DNA of 64,000 bases from Alphaproteobacteria bacterium (GCA_965227515.1 CBDDFZ010000001.1:1376001-1440000); one strand, 5' to 3'; positions 9,210-19,774 are shown, counted from the stretch's first letter. Notes: a model not told the origin generated them from the sequence alone. Translations and numbers: made by a program.

Positions 9210-9680
9210 CTACTGAACGGCCAGCGGCTTCACCACCGGGGCGTCGTTCTCCATCAGCGGCAGGTCGTTCTCGGTCGCGCCTGTCCTGAACTCGTAGACG
9301 CCGAGCTCGCCGCTGTCGCCGTGCAGCATGGCGATCACCGTGTCGCCGGACGCGACCGGGAACTCCAGCGGCACCACCACATCGGTGTGGCTGCCGGCCT
9401 CCAGGTACAGGTGTCCGATGGAATCCGGCGCGACGATGTCGCCGTTCTCGTCAGTGGCGTGGATCACCACGAAGCCGTCGACCGGCATGTCGACGCTGGC
9501 GACGGTGATGCTGTCGGTCGCGACCTGGTCGGCAACGGTCACCATCGCCATCTCGGGCGCGGTCATTTCGGTTTCCATCTCGGCATCGGCCGAGCCGGAC
9601 GACTGGCATGCCGACAGCAGGGCAGCCGCACCGGCGGCGGCAATGATGGACATGAACGTGCGATGGCTCTGGATCGGCAT
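9210..9680 (-). CDS. Putative lipoprotein with a small beta-sandwich domain
   Basis: Lipobox LLSAC; ADQ...ITVASV...GFVVIH...AMLH.D.G motif; GGGGAG RBS. Confidence 0.75.
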   Translation of the reverse strand: MPIQSHRTFMSIIAAAGAAALLSACQSSGSADAEMETEMTAPEMAMVTVADQVATDSITVASVDMPVDGFVVIHATDENGDIVAPDSIGHLYLEAGSHTDVVVPLEFPVASGDTVIAMLHGDSGELGVYEFRTGATENDLPLMENDAPVVKPLAVQ

Positions 9681-9852
9681 GCGAGATCTCCCCAAAAAAG
9701 GTATTGGGCCGGAATGGCCAGACGTGGCCAGGATCGGCCACGAATCATGATTTTCGACACTACAGTCGGGCCAGCGCGCCGGCCAGAGCGTTGCCGCAAG
9801 ATCACGTAGAATTTCTCGTAATGTTTCGTGTCGGGGGCAGGTCCGCGCGGAT

Positions 9853-10440
9853 CTAAAGCGTTGTGGCGTGGACCGGGTCGTCGATCGGCGGCTTCACGGT
9901 CATGGAGAGGAACCGCGCCTGGAACCCTTCGCGCTGCGGCGAACAGGCCATCGGCCCGATCCGGGCGGCGGCCGTCGCCATGAAGTCGGCCACCCGCAAC
10001 AGGCGCCACTCTTCGCCAGTGTGGAAGTGAGCCGCCACCGCATCGCCCACCCTGGTCAGCCGCACCTGCTGCGGCCCGGAGATCGTGGGCATCTGCACCA
10101 CCGACCAGTCGGATTGGCCGCGGGTGACCACGATGCTGAAGTTGGTGGCGCCGTCGGTGTACTCGATGCCGAGCTTGATCCAGTTGGCGGCGTCGACCCG
10201 CAACATCATGCCGGCCTGGTCGTAGAGCGTCTGGTAGTCGCCCTCGAAGGTCAGCACGGCGGTGAAGTCGCCCTCCACCGGCGACAGCAGGGCATGCCCG
10301 TTGTCGCGATGGAAGTTGTAGAGGGTACCCTGCCAGAAGTCTGTCTTCTCACCGGTGGTCAGCGACAGCACGCCGCCGTCCAGCGACCAGTCGGGGGGCT
10401 CGTTGAGCCATTTGGCTGCTGACAGGTCGATCTCGGCCAT
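9853..10440 (-). CDS. DUF1349 family protein
   Basis: WLNEP, KTDFWQ.T.Y.F.RDNGH, LYDQAG, WIKLGIE, SDWS and GPMACSP motifs. Confidence 0.85.
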   Translation of the reverse strand: MAEIDLSAAKWLNEPPDWSLDGGVLSLTTGEKTDFWQGTLYNFHRDNGHALLSPVEGDFTAVLTFEGDYQTLYDQAGMMLRVDAANWIKLGIEYTDGATNFSIVVTRGQSDWSVVQMPTISGPQQVRLTRVGDAVAAHFHTGEEWRLLRVADFMATAAARIGPMACSPQREGFQARFLSMTVKPPIDDPVHATTL

Positions 10441-10543
10441 TGGCGACTCCTGCATCGGTTCCGATCGGTCACTGGTATCGCCCCCGACCCGGTTTGCCAA
10501 ATCGGAAGCCGGCCGGGATTGCGGCAAGCGCTTGTCCGGCGCG

Positions 10544-10571
10544 TTGAACAATATCCGACCCGGCCGCGTCC
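10544..10571 (+). promoter_or_regulatory. Putative ECF-type promoter of RTX gene 1
   Basis: TTGAAC-N18-GTCC; same spacing upstream of the other two RTX genes. Confidence 0.5.
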
Positions 10572-10610
10572 TACTAACCGACAGAGCAAACCTGCAGCTG
10601 GAGGGATCGG

Positions 10611-12215
10611 ATGTTCGACGTGACCACTTTGTTGGCGCCGTGGGCGGCAGTTCTGAACGACGGGCAGGCCACGACCGACAAAGCCGAAAGTACGAGCAAG
10701 ACCTTCAGCGGCAAGGAGGCGGCCGGCGAAACGGCGCCCGAGACAGCGACAGGCAACCCCGACCTCGCGGCGGCATGGGGGGCACCCGGCACGGACCCGG
10801 AGCCGATCGTTTGGCCGATTGACGACTGGGTCAACCCCAATGAGATCTACGGCACATTCGGCGACGACGTGATCGTCGGCAGCGCCCGGCATGACGACAT
10901 CATCGCCTACCTCGGCAACGACGTCATATTCGGGCTCGAAGGCAACGACGTCATCGTCTCGGGGATGGCGCTGGGCGGACAGTTCGAGGATGACGACCAC
11001 GTGTTCGCCGGCAGCGGCGACGATGTTGTCTTCAGCCATGACGGCAATGACTGGATCGCCGGCGAGGGCGGCAACGACTGGGTGTGGGCCGGCGAAGGCA
11101 ATGACGAAATCTATGGCGGCACGGGCAACGACGTGCTGGCCGGCGAAGGCGACGAAGACACGATCCACGGCCAGGACGGCGACGACTCTCTGTTCGGTGG
11201 CAGCGGTTTCGACTGGATCTACGGCGGCGATGGCCGCGACCAAATCTACGGCGGCACCTACGGCGACGCGCTCCATGGCGAAGGCGACGACGACCGGATT
11301 TATGGCGGCCATGGCCGGGACACAATCACGGGCGGTTCCGGCAACGACGTTGCCTTTGGCGACGAGGATGCGGACAGCATCCAAGGCAATAGCGGCAACG
11401 ACCAGTTGTTCGGCGGTCTGGGCGCCGACTCGATGAGCGGCGGTCTCGGCGACGACATATTGTTGGGCGGTGACTTACCTGGTTATGGCGGCGTACCCGG
11501 TTTCGGGTCGACCGAGTTTGGCAACGACATACTGATGGGTGGCCAGGGCGCCGATCGGATTTTTGGCGACGGCGGCCACGACAGCCTGGCAGGCGAGGCT
11601 GGCGGGGACGCGCTGTTCGGCGGCGACGGCGACGATGTCATCACCGGTGGCAACGGCGATGATTTCATGATGGGCGGTGCCGGCAACGACCGCATGTTCG
11701 GCGGCAACCACAGCGACATGATCTTCGGAGATGGCGCCGAAGCGGGCGGCCCTTGGGCAAACTACCTACAGGGCGTCGCGCTTGGCACCGGGGCGGCCGG
11801 TGACGACGAGCTCAGCGGTGGCGGCGGCAACGACCTCGTCGTCGGTGGCGAAGGGCTGGATCAGGTCCGGGGCGACGGCGGCGACGATATCCTGGTCGGC
11901 AATGGCGACGGCGATGTGCTGACAGGCGACGGTGGCGCCGATTTGTTCGTGCGCGGCGCCGTGCTTGGCGACAATCCGGAGGGCGGCAACATCTTCTTCG
12001 GCGGCGGCACGGGCTTTGACTTCGTGACCGACTATGACGGCGCCGGGGGCGACCAGGCCGCCGGTCTGGGCTTTTTCCAGAGCGGCGTTGACACCCACGT
12101 GACCGGCGCCGGCGGCGAGGTGGTCCTGGTTCTGCAGAACTACGACAGCACACTGAACGTGGTGAACCTGGTCGATCCGGCCTCGATCAGCCTGTTCGAC
12201 TTCATTCCGCTCTAG
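10611..12215 (+). CDS. RTX/hemolysin-type calcium-binding repeat protein (paralog 1)
   Basis: Many GGxGxDxLx nonapeptides; very acidic; GGAGG RBS. Confidence 0.9.
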   Translation: MFDVTTLLAPWAAVLNDGQATTDKAESTSKTFSGKEAAGETAPETATGNPDLAAAWGAPGTDPEPIVWPIDDWVNPNEIYGTFGDDVIVGSARHDDIIAYLGNDVIFGLEGNDVIVSGMALGGQFEDDDHVFAGSGDDVVFSHDGNDWIAGEGGNDWVWAGEGNDEIYGGTGNDVLAGEGDEDTIHGQDGDDSLFGGSGFDWIYGGDGRDQIYGGTYGDALHGEGDDDRIYGGHGRDTITGGSGNDVAFGDEDADSIQGNSGNDQLFGGLGADSMSGGLGDDILLGGDLPGYGGVPGFGSTEFGNDILMGGQGADRIFGDGGHDSLAGEAGGDALFGGDGDDVITGGNGDDFMMGGAGNDRMFGGNHSDMIFGDGAEAGGPWANYLQGVALGTGAAGDDELSGGGGNDLVVGGEGLDQVRGDGGDDILVGNGDGDVLTGDGGADLFVRGAVLGDNPEGGNIFFGGGTGFDFVTDYDGAGGDQAAGLGFFQSGVDTHVTGAGGEVVLVLQNYDSTLNVVNLVDPASISLFDFIPL

Positions 12216-12287
12216 CAGGCGGCTGCCGAATACCTCCGGAACGACGGCGTTACGGGACGGATTGCGGCAAGAATCTGTCCGTCCCAT

Positions 12288-12315
12288 TGAACAATATCCG
12301 GCCCGGCCGCGTCCT
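12288..12315 (+). promoter_or_regulatory. Putative ECF-type promoter of RTX gene 2
   Basis: TTGAACAATATCCGGCCCGGCCGCGTCC, duplicated from 10544. Confidence 0.5.
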
Positions 12316-12353
12316 ACTAACCGACAGAGCAAATCTGCAGCCGGAGGGATCGG

Positions 12354-13955
12354 ATGTTCGACGTGGCCACCTTGTTGGCGCCATGGGCCGCATTTCTGAG
12401 CGACAGCCAGGCCCAGACCGACGAAACCGAAAATGCGACCAAGACCCCCAGCGGCAAGGAGGCCGCCGGCGAGACGACGCCCGAGACGACGGTGTTCGGC
12501 ATCGACCTCGCGGCGGCATGGGCGGCGCTGGGCCCGGATGTGGAGCCAATGGTCTGGCCAGGGCCGTCCGAACCCGGCGGTCTCGACAACCCCAGCGCCA
12601 TCTACGGCACCTTCGGGGACGACGTCCTTGTCGGCACCGAAAAGGACGATGAGATTGTCGGCTACCTCGGCAACGACGTCATCTACGCGCTCGGCGGCAA
12701 CGACTTCATCATCTCGGGCATGGATCTGGGCGAGCAGTTCGAGGATGACGACTACATATTCGCCGGCAGCGGCGACGACATAGTCTTCAGTTATGACGGC
12801 GATGACTGGATCGCCGGAGAGGCTGGGCACGATTGGGTTTGGGCCGGCGAGGGCAACGACGAAATCTATGGCGGCATCGGTAACGACTTGCTGGCCGGCG
12901 AGGGCGACGAGGACACGATCGACGGCCAGAGCGGCGATGACAAGCTGTTTGGCGGCAGCGGTTTCGACTGGATCTACGGCGGCGACGGCGATGACTACAT
13001 CGATGGCGGCACCTACGGTGACGCGCTGCATGGCGAGGATGGCGACGACTACATCATTGGCGGCCACGGCAGGGACACGATCACCGGTGGGTCCGGCAAT
13101 GACCTGATTCGAGGCGATGATGACGCTGACACGTTGCAAGGTAACAGCGGCAACGACCGGATGTACGGCGGTCAGGGCAGCGACAGCCTGACCGGAGGCC
13201 TGGGTGACGATCTGTTGCTCGGCGGTGGCTGGCGAAGCGAAGAGGCTTCCGGGTCGACCGACTTTGGCAACGATGTGCTGATCGGTGGCAAGGGAAGCGA
13301 TCTGATCTTCGGTGACGGCGGGCATGACAGCCTGGAAGGCCAGGCCGGTTTGGATGTGCTGTTTGGCGGCGACGGCGACGATGTCATCACCGGCGGCAAC
13401 GGCGATGACTTCATGATGGGCGGTGCCGGCAACGACCGGATGTACGGCGGCAACCACAGCGACATGATCTTCGGCGATGGCGCCGAGGCGGGCGGTCTGT
13501 CGTCACTCTATGCGGGCATCGCTCTGGGCACCGGTGTTGCGGGCGACGATACGCTCAGCGGCGGTGGGGGCAACGACCTCGTTGCCGGTGGTGATGGCGT
13601 GGATCAGGTCGACGGCGATGGTGGCGACGATATCCTGGCCGGCAATGGCGATGGCGACTTGCTGACCGGCGGCGCCGGTGCCGATCTGTTCGTGCGCGGT
13701 GCCGTGTTCGGCGAAAATCCGGAGGGCGGCATGATCTTCGGCGTTGGGTCGGGGTTCGACTTCGTGACCGACTATGACGGCGCCGGGGGCGACCAGGCTG
13801 GCGGTCTGGGCTTCTTCCAAAGCGGCGCCGACACCCACGTGACCGGCGTCGGTGGCGAGGTCGTTCTGGTTCTGCAGAACTACGACAGCACCCTGAACGT
13901 GGTGAATCTGGTCGATCCGGCCTCGATCAGCCTGTTCGACTTCATTCCGGCATAG
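12354..13955 (+). CDS. RTX/hemolysin-type calcium-binding repeat protein (paralog 2)
   Basis: Colinear with paralog 1; near-identical C-terminus. Confidence 0.9.
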   Translation: MFDVATLLAPWAAFLSDSQAQTDETENATKTPSGKEAAGETTPETTVFGIDLAAAWAALGPDVEPMVWPGPSEPGGLDNPSAIYGTFGDDVLVGTEKDDEIVGYLGNDVIYALGGNDFIISGMDLGEQFEDDDYIFAGSGDDIVFSYDGDDWIAGEAGHDWVWAGEGNDEIYGGIGNDLLAGEGDEDTIDGQSGDDKLFGGSGFDWIYGGDGDDYIDGGTYGDALHGEDGDDYIIGGHGRDTITGGSGNDLIRGDDDADTLQGNSGNDRMYGGQGSDSLTGGLGDDLLLGGGWRSEEASGSTDFGNDVLIGGKGSDLIFGDGGHDSLEGQAGLDVLFGGDGDDVITGGNGDDFMMGGAGNDRMYGGNHSDMIFGDGAEAGGLSSLYAGIALGTGVAGDDTLSGGGGNDLVAGGDGVDQVDGDGGDDILAGNGDGDLLTGGAGADLFVRGAVFGENPEGGMIFGVGSGFDFVTDYDGAGGDQAGGLGFFQSGADTHVTGVGGEVVLVLQNYDSTLNVVNLVDPASISLFDFIPA

Positions 13956-13972
13956 GGACGCAGTCGCGCGAC

Positions 13973-14977
13973 CTACCGCCCCCAGCGCAGGCCAGCGGTG
14001 TGCACCGGCGCGTCCCACAGGGCTGCGATCTCGTCGTCCAGCACGGTGGCGGTGATCGAGCAGCCGGCCATGTCGAGCGACGTCACGTAGTTGCCGACCA
14101 GCGCGCGGCCGATGCCGATGCCCTTGCCGTCCAGCACCCGTTTCGCCGCGTCGAACATCAGGTAGAGCTCCATGGCGGGCGTGGCGCCGAAGCCGTTGAC
14201 CAGCAGCAGCACCTGGGCACCGCTCGCCGGCTTCAGGTCGTCCATGATGGCGCCGACCATCTCCGCGGCGATATCGTCGGCTGACGCCAGCTTCACCCGG
14301 CGGCGCCCCGGCTCGCCGTGGATGCCGACGCCCATCTCCATCTCGTCGTCGCCAATCTCGAAGGTCGGCTTGCCGGCGGCAGGCACGGTGCAACTGGTCA
14401 GCGCCACGCCCATGGAGCCGGTGGCCTTGTTGACCCGCTCGCCCAGGGCCTTGCAGGCGGCCAGGTCGGCGCCCTTCTCGGCGGCGGCACCCACCACCTT
14501 TTCAACGATCATGGTGCCGGCGACCCCGCGCCGGCCGGTGGTGTAGGTGCTGTCCTCCACCGCGACATCGTCGTTGGTGATGATGGTGGCGATGTTGCCC
14601 CCGGTCGTATCGGATGCCAACTCCGCCGCCATCTCGAAGTTCATCACGTCGCCTTCGTAGTTCTTGACGATGAACAGCACCCCGGCGCCGCCGTCCACCG
14701 CCTCGGCGCAGGCCATCATCTGGTCCGGCGTCGGCGACGTGAACACCTGGCCGGGGCAGGCGGCATCCAGCATGCCGGGGCCGACGAAGCCGCCGTGCAA
14801 CGGCTCGTGCCCGCTGCCGCCGCCGGAGAGCAGCGCGACCTTGCCCTTTGCCGGCGCGTCTGCGCGGCGGATGAAGGCCGGCTCCTCGCTGACCGCGATC
14901 AGGTCGCCATGGGCCGCCGCAAAGCCGCGCAGGCTCTCGCCCAGGACATCGTCGACCGCATTGATGAACTTCTTCAT
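13973..14977 (-). CDS. dhaK: Dihydroxyacetone kinase subunit DhaK
   Basis: MKKFIN start; SGGGSGHEP, FTSPTPDQ, KNYEGD.MNF and GIHGEPG motifs; GGAGGAG RBS. Confidence 0.92.
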   Translation of the reverse strand: MKKFINAVDDVLGESLRGFAAAHGDLIAVSEEPAFIRRADAPAKGKVALLSGGGSGHEPLHGGFVGPGMLDAACPGQVFTSPTPDQMMACAEAVDGGAGVLFIVKNYEGDVMNFEMAAELASDTTGGNIATIITNDDVAVEDSTYTTGRRGVAGTMIVEKVVGAAAEKGADLAACKALGERVNKATGSMGVALTSCTVPAAGKPTFEIGDDEMEMGVGIHGEPGRRRVKLASADDIAAEMVGAIMDDLKPASGAQVLLLVNGFGATPAMELYLMFDAAKRVLDGKGIGIGRALVGNYVTSLDMAGCSITATVLDDEIAALWDAPVHTAGLRWGR

Positions 14978-15000
14978 TTCTCCTCCCCCTTGTTCTCCCT

Positions 15001-15192
15001 GTCGCCCTCGCCCTTGTGGCGAGGGCCTATTTCCATGCAGTTCGCGGCGCCTGCCGCTTGTGGCAGTACCGGGTGCCGCAGCACGTTTAAACCGTCCGCC
15101 ACCTGAGCCGTTCATCCTAGTGTCAGAGACAGGCGTCACGGACACAAATGGATCCTCGCCACCCAAGAGGTTTGATTGGCGGCGAGGATGAC
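15001..15192. repeat. Family B-related palindromic element
   Basis: GTCGCCCTCGCCCTTGTGGCGAGGGCCTAT ... AAATGGATCCTCGCC...GGCGAGGATGAC. Confidence 0.75.
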
Positions 15193-15245
15193 AATTGTAT
15201 ATTGGTTGTCGAACTGGGTTCGATGCACCAATCCCAGCCCACGGC

Positions 15246-15941
15246 TCAAATCAACCCCATCGCCTTCAGGCTGGCATGGCCCTGGGTGCCGACGATCAGG
15301 TGGTCGTGCACGCTGATGCCAAGCCGCTTGCCGGCGTCGACGATGTCGCGGGTCATCTGGATGTCCGCCTTGCTCGGCGACGGGTCGCCGGACGGGTGAT
15401 TGTGCACCATGATGATGGCGCTCGCCCCCAGTTCCAGCGCACGCTTCATCACCTCGCGCGGGTAGACCGGCGTGTGGTCGACAGTGCCGCGCTGCTGCAC
15501 CTCCTCGGCGATCAGCTTGTTCTTGCGGTCCAGGAACAGCAGCCGGAACATCTCGGTCTTCTGGTGCGCCATCGAGGCTTGGCAGTAGTCGATCACCCGG
15601 TCCCACGACTTCAGGACCGGCTGGTCCATGATGCGGGTGCGGGTTAGGCGCACGGCCGCCGCCTCGATCGCCTTCACCGCGGCGACCACGGAATCGCCCG
15701 CCCCGGGCACCTTGCGCAGCGCCTCCGGCGGTGCGGTCGCCACGCCCGCGAAGTCGCCGAACGCGGCCAGCAGCTCCTTGGCCAGCGGCTTCACGTCGCC
15801 GCGCGGGATGGCGGCGAACAGCACCAGTTCCAGAAGTTCGTAGTCGGGCAACGCCTCGGCACCGCCGTTCAGCAGCCGCTCGCGCAGCCGCTGGCGATGG
15901 CCCGCGAAGTGGGGCTTCTTCGGGGGCGCTGCATCCGCCAT
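15246..15941 (-). CDS. radC: RadC/JAB-domain protein
   Basis: [14 protein letters not shown] and [14 protein letters not shown] motifs. Confidence 0.93.
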   Translation of the reverse strand: MADAAPPKKPHFAGHRQRLRERLLNGGAEALPDYELLELVLFAAIPRGDVKPLAKELLAAFGDFAGVATAPPEALRKVPGAGDSVVAAVKAIEAAAVRLTRTRIMDQPVLKSWDRVIDYCQASMAHQKTEMFRLLFLDRKNKLIAEEVQQRGTVDHTPVYPREVMKRALELGASAIIMVHNHPSGDPSPSKADIQMTRDIVDAGKRLGISVHDHLIVGTQGHASLKAMGLI

Positions 15942-15969
15942 GGGAAAGGCTCTGCGGTTTGAAAGGCGA

Positions 15970-16812
15970 TCAGCCGGCGTAGGGCGGCTTGGTCTTGCCG
16001 GTCGGCGACAGCGTGAAGATCTCGTACCCGTCCGCCGTCACGCCGATGGAATGCTCGAACTGTGCCGACAGCGACCGGTCGCGGGTCACCGCGGTCCAGC
16101 CGTCGCCCAGAATCTTCACGTCGGTGCGGCCGGCATTGATCATCGGCTCGATGGTGAAGAACATACCTTCCTTCAGGGTGATGCCGGTGCCCGGGCGGCC
16201 GAAGTGGAGCACGCTGGGGGCATCGTGGAAAATCCGGCCGAGGCCATGGCCGCAGAACTCGCGCACCACCGAGAAGCGGTGGGATTCGGCATACGATTGG
16301 ATGGCGTGGCCGATATCGCCCAGGGTGGCGCCCGGCCTGACCTCGGCAATGCCGCGCATCATCGCCTCGTAGGTCACGTCGACCAGCTTGCGTGCCTTGA
16401 CGCCCACACCGTCGCCCAGCAGGAACATGCGGCTGGTGTCGCCGTGCCAGCCGTCCAGGATGACCGTGACGTCGATGTTGACGATGTCGCCGTCGCGCAG
16501 CTGCTTCGGGCCCGGAATACCGTGGCAGACGACATGGTTGATCGAGGTGCAGATCGACTTCGGGAAGCCGCGATAGTTCAGCGGCGCCGGCACCGCATCG
16601 TGGTCGACGATGAAGTCGTGGCAGAGCTTGTCCAGCGCCTCGGTCGTCACGCCGGGCATCACGTGCGGCGTGATGAAGTCGAGCGTCTCGGCCGCCAGCT
16701 TCCCGGCCGCGCGCATGGCCTCGAACTCCGCCGGTCCGTGGATCTTGATCGCGGGTTCGGCCGCCGCGGCCCGCCGGGCTGCCGCCTGTCTGATCATCGT
16801 GTCGTTGTCCAT
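15970..16812 (-). CDS. map: Type I methionine aminopeptidase
   Basis: [34 protein letters not shown] and AQFEHS motifs. Confidence 0.95.
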   Translation of the reverse strand: MDNDTMIRQAAARRAAAAEPAIKIHGPAEFEAMRAAGKLAAETLDFITPHVMPGVTTEALDKLCHDFIVDHDAVPAPLNYRGFPKSICTSINHVVCHGIPGPKQLRDGDIVNIDVTVILDGWHGDTSRMFLLGDGVGVKARKLVDVTYEAMMRGIAEVRPGATLGDIGHAIQSYAESHRFSVVREFCGHGLGRIFHDAPSVLHFGRPGTGITLKEGMFFTIEPMINAGRTDVKILGDGWTAVTRDRSLSAQFEHSIGVTADGYEIFTLSPTGKTKPPYAG

Positions 16813-16946
16813 GCCACTATTGTCCCGAAGCTTCTTGCGCGCGCCCGAATTCTGGCCGCGAAGGCGCCAATGATAGCATCAATGGCCATTCGCCGGCCAG
16901 CGCACCATGCCTGGATAGGCCAAGCGCCGCCTCAAACGATAGAGCC

Positions 16947-17675
16947 CTATATGTCAATCGGCAGCGGACTTTCCACCTCTATGGTCTCCAGCCCGACTTT
17001 GCAGGCATAGGCGACGGCAGTGACGCCGGCCGCCTTGGCCGTCCGGAATGCCTCGGCATATTTGGGGTCGATGTCGTCGGCGAGGCAGAACCGGTCGCAG
17101 TCGCCGCGTTGCACGCAATAGACCATGGTCGCGCGGGCGCCGGCCTCGACCATCGCCGCCATCTCGGCCAGATGCTTGGCGCCGCGCGCGGTCACGCTGT
17201 CGGGAAATTCGGCAGCGCCGGGGTTGGGGCCGTCGTCGCGTTTCAGGTGGACGTTCTTCACTTCCACGTAGCAGGGCGGCCGGTCGTCGGAGTCCTCGTC
17301 GTCGCTTTCCAGCAGCAGGTCGATGCGCGAGTTGGTGCCGTACGCCACCTCGCGGCGCATGCGCGGATAGCCCGCCAGCTCCGCGATCCGGCCGTCGGCG
17401 ATCGCCTCGGCGACCAGTGTGTTGGGACGTGCGGTGTTGATGCCGACAAGATGGTCGTCGACCCGGGTCAACTCCCAGCCATAAGGCAGCTTGCGCTTGG
17501 GGTTGTTGGCCGGCAGCAGCCAGATCTCGGCGCCGGGGGCGGCCAAGCCGGTCATCGCGCCGGGGTTCGGGCAGTGGACGGTGGTCTCGCTGCCGTCCTC
17601 CAGCCGCACGTCGGCCAGGAAGCGCTTGTAGCGGCGGATCAGGGTTGCGCGTTCGAGCGGGGCAGGCAGGTGCAT
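16947..17675 (-). CDS. sfsA: SfsA nuclease-like protein
   Basis: [25 protein letters not shown] and [13 protein letters not shown] motifs. Confidence 0.93.
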   Translation of the reverse strand: MHLPAPLERATLIRRYKRFLADVRLEDGSETTVHCPNPGAMTGLAAPGAEIWLLPANNPKRKLPYGWELTRVDDHLVGINTARPNTLVAEAIADGRIAELAGYPRMRREVAYGTNSRIDLLLESDDEDSDDRPPCYVEVKNVHLKRDDGPNPGAAEFPDSVTARGAKHLAEMAAMVEAGARATMVYCVQRGDCDRFCLADDIDPKYAEAFRTAKAAGVTAVAYACKVGLETIEVESPLPIDI

Positions 17676-17715
17676 GGGGCAGCGGCAGTGCGTAGACGGA
17701 TTCCGAGTCTCGACA

Positions 17716-18498
17716 CTACCCGCCGCCGAAGCTTTCCACCAGGGAGCCTGCGACCAGATACCAGCCGTCGACCATGACGAAGAAGATCAGCTTGAACGGC
17801 AGCGAGATCATTACCGGCGGCAGCATCATCATGCCCATGGACATCAGGACCGAGGCGACCACCATGTCGATGACCAGGAACGGCAGGAAGATCAGGAAGC
17901 CGATCTCGAAGGCGCGCCGTAACTCGGAGATCATGAACGCCGGGATCAGCGCGCGCATCGGCGCATCCTCCGGCGTGACCGCCTCGACGTTGGCCATGTC
18001 CAGGAACAGGCCAAGATCCTGCTCGCGCACGTGACGCAGCATGAAGGCGCGCACCGGCACGATGGCCCGGTCCATGGCCGTGGACTCGTCGATCTGGCCG
18101 TCGATCAGCGGGCGCAGGCCCTGGTCGTAGACTTCCTCCAGGGTCGGCGCCATGACGAACCCGGTCAGGAACAGGGCCAGGCTGATCATCACCGTGTTCG
18201 GCGGTGCCGACTGGGTGCCCAGCGCGGTGCGCAGGAACGACAGCACCACCACGATGCGGGTGAACGAGGTCACCATCACCAGGATCGACGGCGCCAGCGC
18301 CAGCACCGTGACCAGCACGATGATCTGGATGATGCGCCCGGTGGACGACGGCCCTTCGCCGAAGTCGAGCGACAGCTCCTGCGCCTGTGCCGACCCGGCG
18401 CCGAGGCCCAACGCCAGCAGCGCCAATGCCGAGAGCGGCAGCAGGGCGGAAAGACCGCGGGCCATCCGGCCGGCCGGTTGGGTGGGGGATACCGACAA
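17716..18498 (-). CDS. fliP: Flagellar export protein FliP
   Basis: [19 protein letters not shown] and [16 protein letters not shown] motifs. Confidence 0.95.
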   Translation of the reverse strand: MSVSPTQPAGRMARGLSALLPLSALALLALGLGAGSAQAQELSLDFGEGPSSTGRIIQIIVLVTVLALAPSILVMVTSFTRIVVVLSFLRTALGTQSAPPNTVMISLALFLTGFVMAPTLEEVYDQGLRPLIDGQIDESTAMDRAIVPVRAFMLRHVREQDLGLFLDMANVEAVTPEDAPMRALIPAFMISELRRAFEIGFLIFLPFLVIDMVVASVLMSMGMMMLPPVMISLPFKLIFFVMVDGWYLVAGSLVESFGGG

Positions 18499-18508
18499 CG
18501 TGGTTCGC

Positions 18509-18883
18509 CTACTCAGCCTGGTGCTGCTTGACCAGCCGCAGGAACGAGCGGTTGCGTTGCGCGGGCGCCCGGCGTTCCGGCCGCTCCTGCGCGTCCTCCT
18601 GGGCGGTGACGATGCCGCTTTCGACCACGGTCTCGCCTTGCGGGCCCAGGATGATCAGGTGCTCCACGCCATCGCGGCGCACCAGCACCAGCTTGCGGCG
18701 GGCATCCAGGCTGCTGGCTTCGACAACGCCGATGCGGCGCGCCCAGCCGGCCTGCGGCTTGGGCGTGCGCACGCGGCCGGCGCCACCCAGGCCCAGGCGC
18801 TTGGCGACCCAGGCGATGGTGCCGATCAGCGCCAGCACGAAAACCAGTGCGATCGCAAAACGGAGATATTCTTCTACCGACAT
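18509..18883 (-). CDS. fliO: Flagellar protein FliO
   Basis: N-terminal TM, LDARRKLVLVRRDGVEHLI motif; directly upstream of fliP. Confidence 0.85.
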   Translation of the reverse strand: MSVEEYLRFAIALVFVLALIGTIAWVAKRLGLGGAGRVRTPKPQAGWARRIGVVEASSLDARRKLVLVRRDGVEHLIILGPQGETVVESGIVTAQEDAQERPERRAPAQRNRSFLRLVKQHQAE

Positions 18884-18884
18884 T

Positions 18885-18952
18885 GCTTGCTCAATTTGGG
18901 GGCTTGCTCAATTCGGGAGCCTGCCCAATTCGGGGGCCCGCTCAAACCGGGG
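18885..18952. repeat. Four tandem 17-bp repeats abutting the fliO start
   Basis: gcttgctcaatttgggg / gcttgctcaattcggga / gcctgcccaattcgggg / gcccgctcaaaccgggg. Confidence 0.8.
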
Positions 18953-18997
18953 TCCTACAGGACAGTGTGAAAATCGAACGTGGGCGAGGGACGACGG

Positions 18998-19306
18998 CTA
19001 TTCTGCCGGCGCGGCCTCCTGCGTGCCCGCGTCGCGCCGCTCGATTGCGGCATCGACCGCTTCGGCCTGCTCCTGCAGGAAGGTGCCGATCTGCTTCAGG
19101 TCGCTCATCACGACATTGAGGTCGCTTTCCAGCGCGACACGCTCGGTCGGCGCCAGTTCGGCGACATCGGCGCAGATGTCGATGACGATGCCGTCCAGGC
19201 CCGTCACGTCGACCATCTCGCCCTCGATCAGCTTGCCGCGGACCTGCCGCAGCAGCTCGCCCAGATTGGCCAGCTTGCCCGAAACTTCGGCTTGGGTGGT
19301 TGTCAT
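18998..19306 (-). CDS. Hypothetical helical protein in the flagellar operon
   Basis: ATGA overlap with the upstream gene; AGGAG RBS. Confidence 0.7.
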   Translation of the reverse strand: MTTTQAEVSGKLANLGELLRQVRGKLIEGEMVDVTGLDGIVIDICADVAELAPTERVALESDLNVVMSDLKQIGTFLQEQAEAVDAAIERRDAGTQEAAPAE

Positions 19307-19689
19307 CTTGTTGCTCCTTCTCGGGCGCGGTCCGTGTGCACGTCGGACTGCAGCTCGCGTGGAAGTCCGTTCAGGCGATAGAGATGGGTCAGGATCTCGG
19401 CGGTCGCGACGAAGGCCTCGACCGGGATCTCGGTGTCCAGGTCGACGTGGGCCAGCAAGGCCGCGAGGTCTGCATCTTTGCGGATTGGGACGCCGTTCGC
19501 CTCGGCGACGGCCAGGATCTGTGCGGCGATGGTGCCTTTGCCCTTCGCCACCACCTTCGGCGCTTCGTCGCTGGTCGGCCGATAGGTCAGCGCGACCGCA
19601 TGGGTATCCTGCCCGAGCACGTCCGTTCCGAGCGCGTCTGGCGCGCCGGCGTCCTCGGCTTGGCGTTCTGCTGCGTAGAAATCAGGCAT
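19303..19689 (-). CDS. FlhB C-terminal-like (EscU/YscU family) stand-alone protein
   Basis: AVALTY..APKVVAKGKG.IA..I.....GVPI..D..LA..L and EIP.E.F.A.AEIL motifs. Confidence 0.88.
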   Translation of the reverse strand: MPDFYAAERQAEDAGAPDALGTDVLGQDTHAVALTYRPTSDEAPKVVAKGKGTIAAQILAVAEANGVPIRKDADLAALLAHVDLDTEIPVEAFVATAEILTHLYRLNGLPRELQSDVHTDRAREGATR

Positions 19690-19759
19690 ACTGCCCTGCG
19701 GTCCATAAGGTCAGGGCCGTTCGGGCCGCCGACATGGCCATAAGGGGCGCGGGTTATGC

Positions 19760-19774
19760 CTAATTTTGCGTTAA
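19760..19774. promoter_or_regulatory. Near-consensus CtrA box
   Basis: CTAA-TTTTGCG-TTAA (consensus TTAA-N7-TTAA) upstream of the flhB-like/fliOP genes. Confidence 0.55.

Noticed and set aside
10850-13700. Periodic GGCGGC/GACGAC repeats as a CRISPR or DNA repeat array
   Set aside because: They encode RTX nonapeptides; there is no repeat-spacer structure and no cas gene.
15246-17675. radC and sfsA as signs of a mobile or defence island
   Set aside because: sfsA-map-radC is an ordinary alphaproteobacterial chromosomal arrangement; no integrase or att site is seen.
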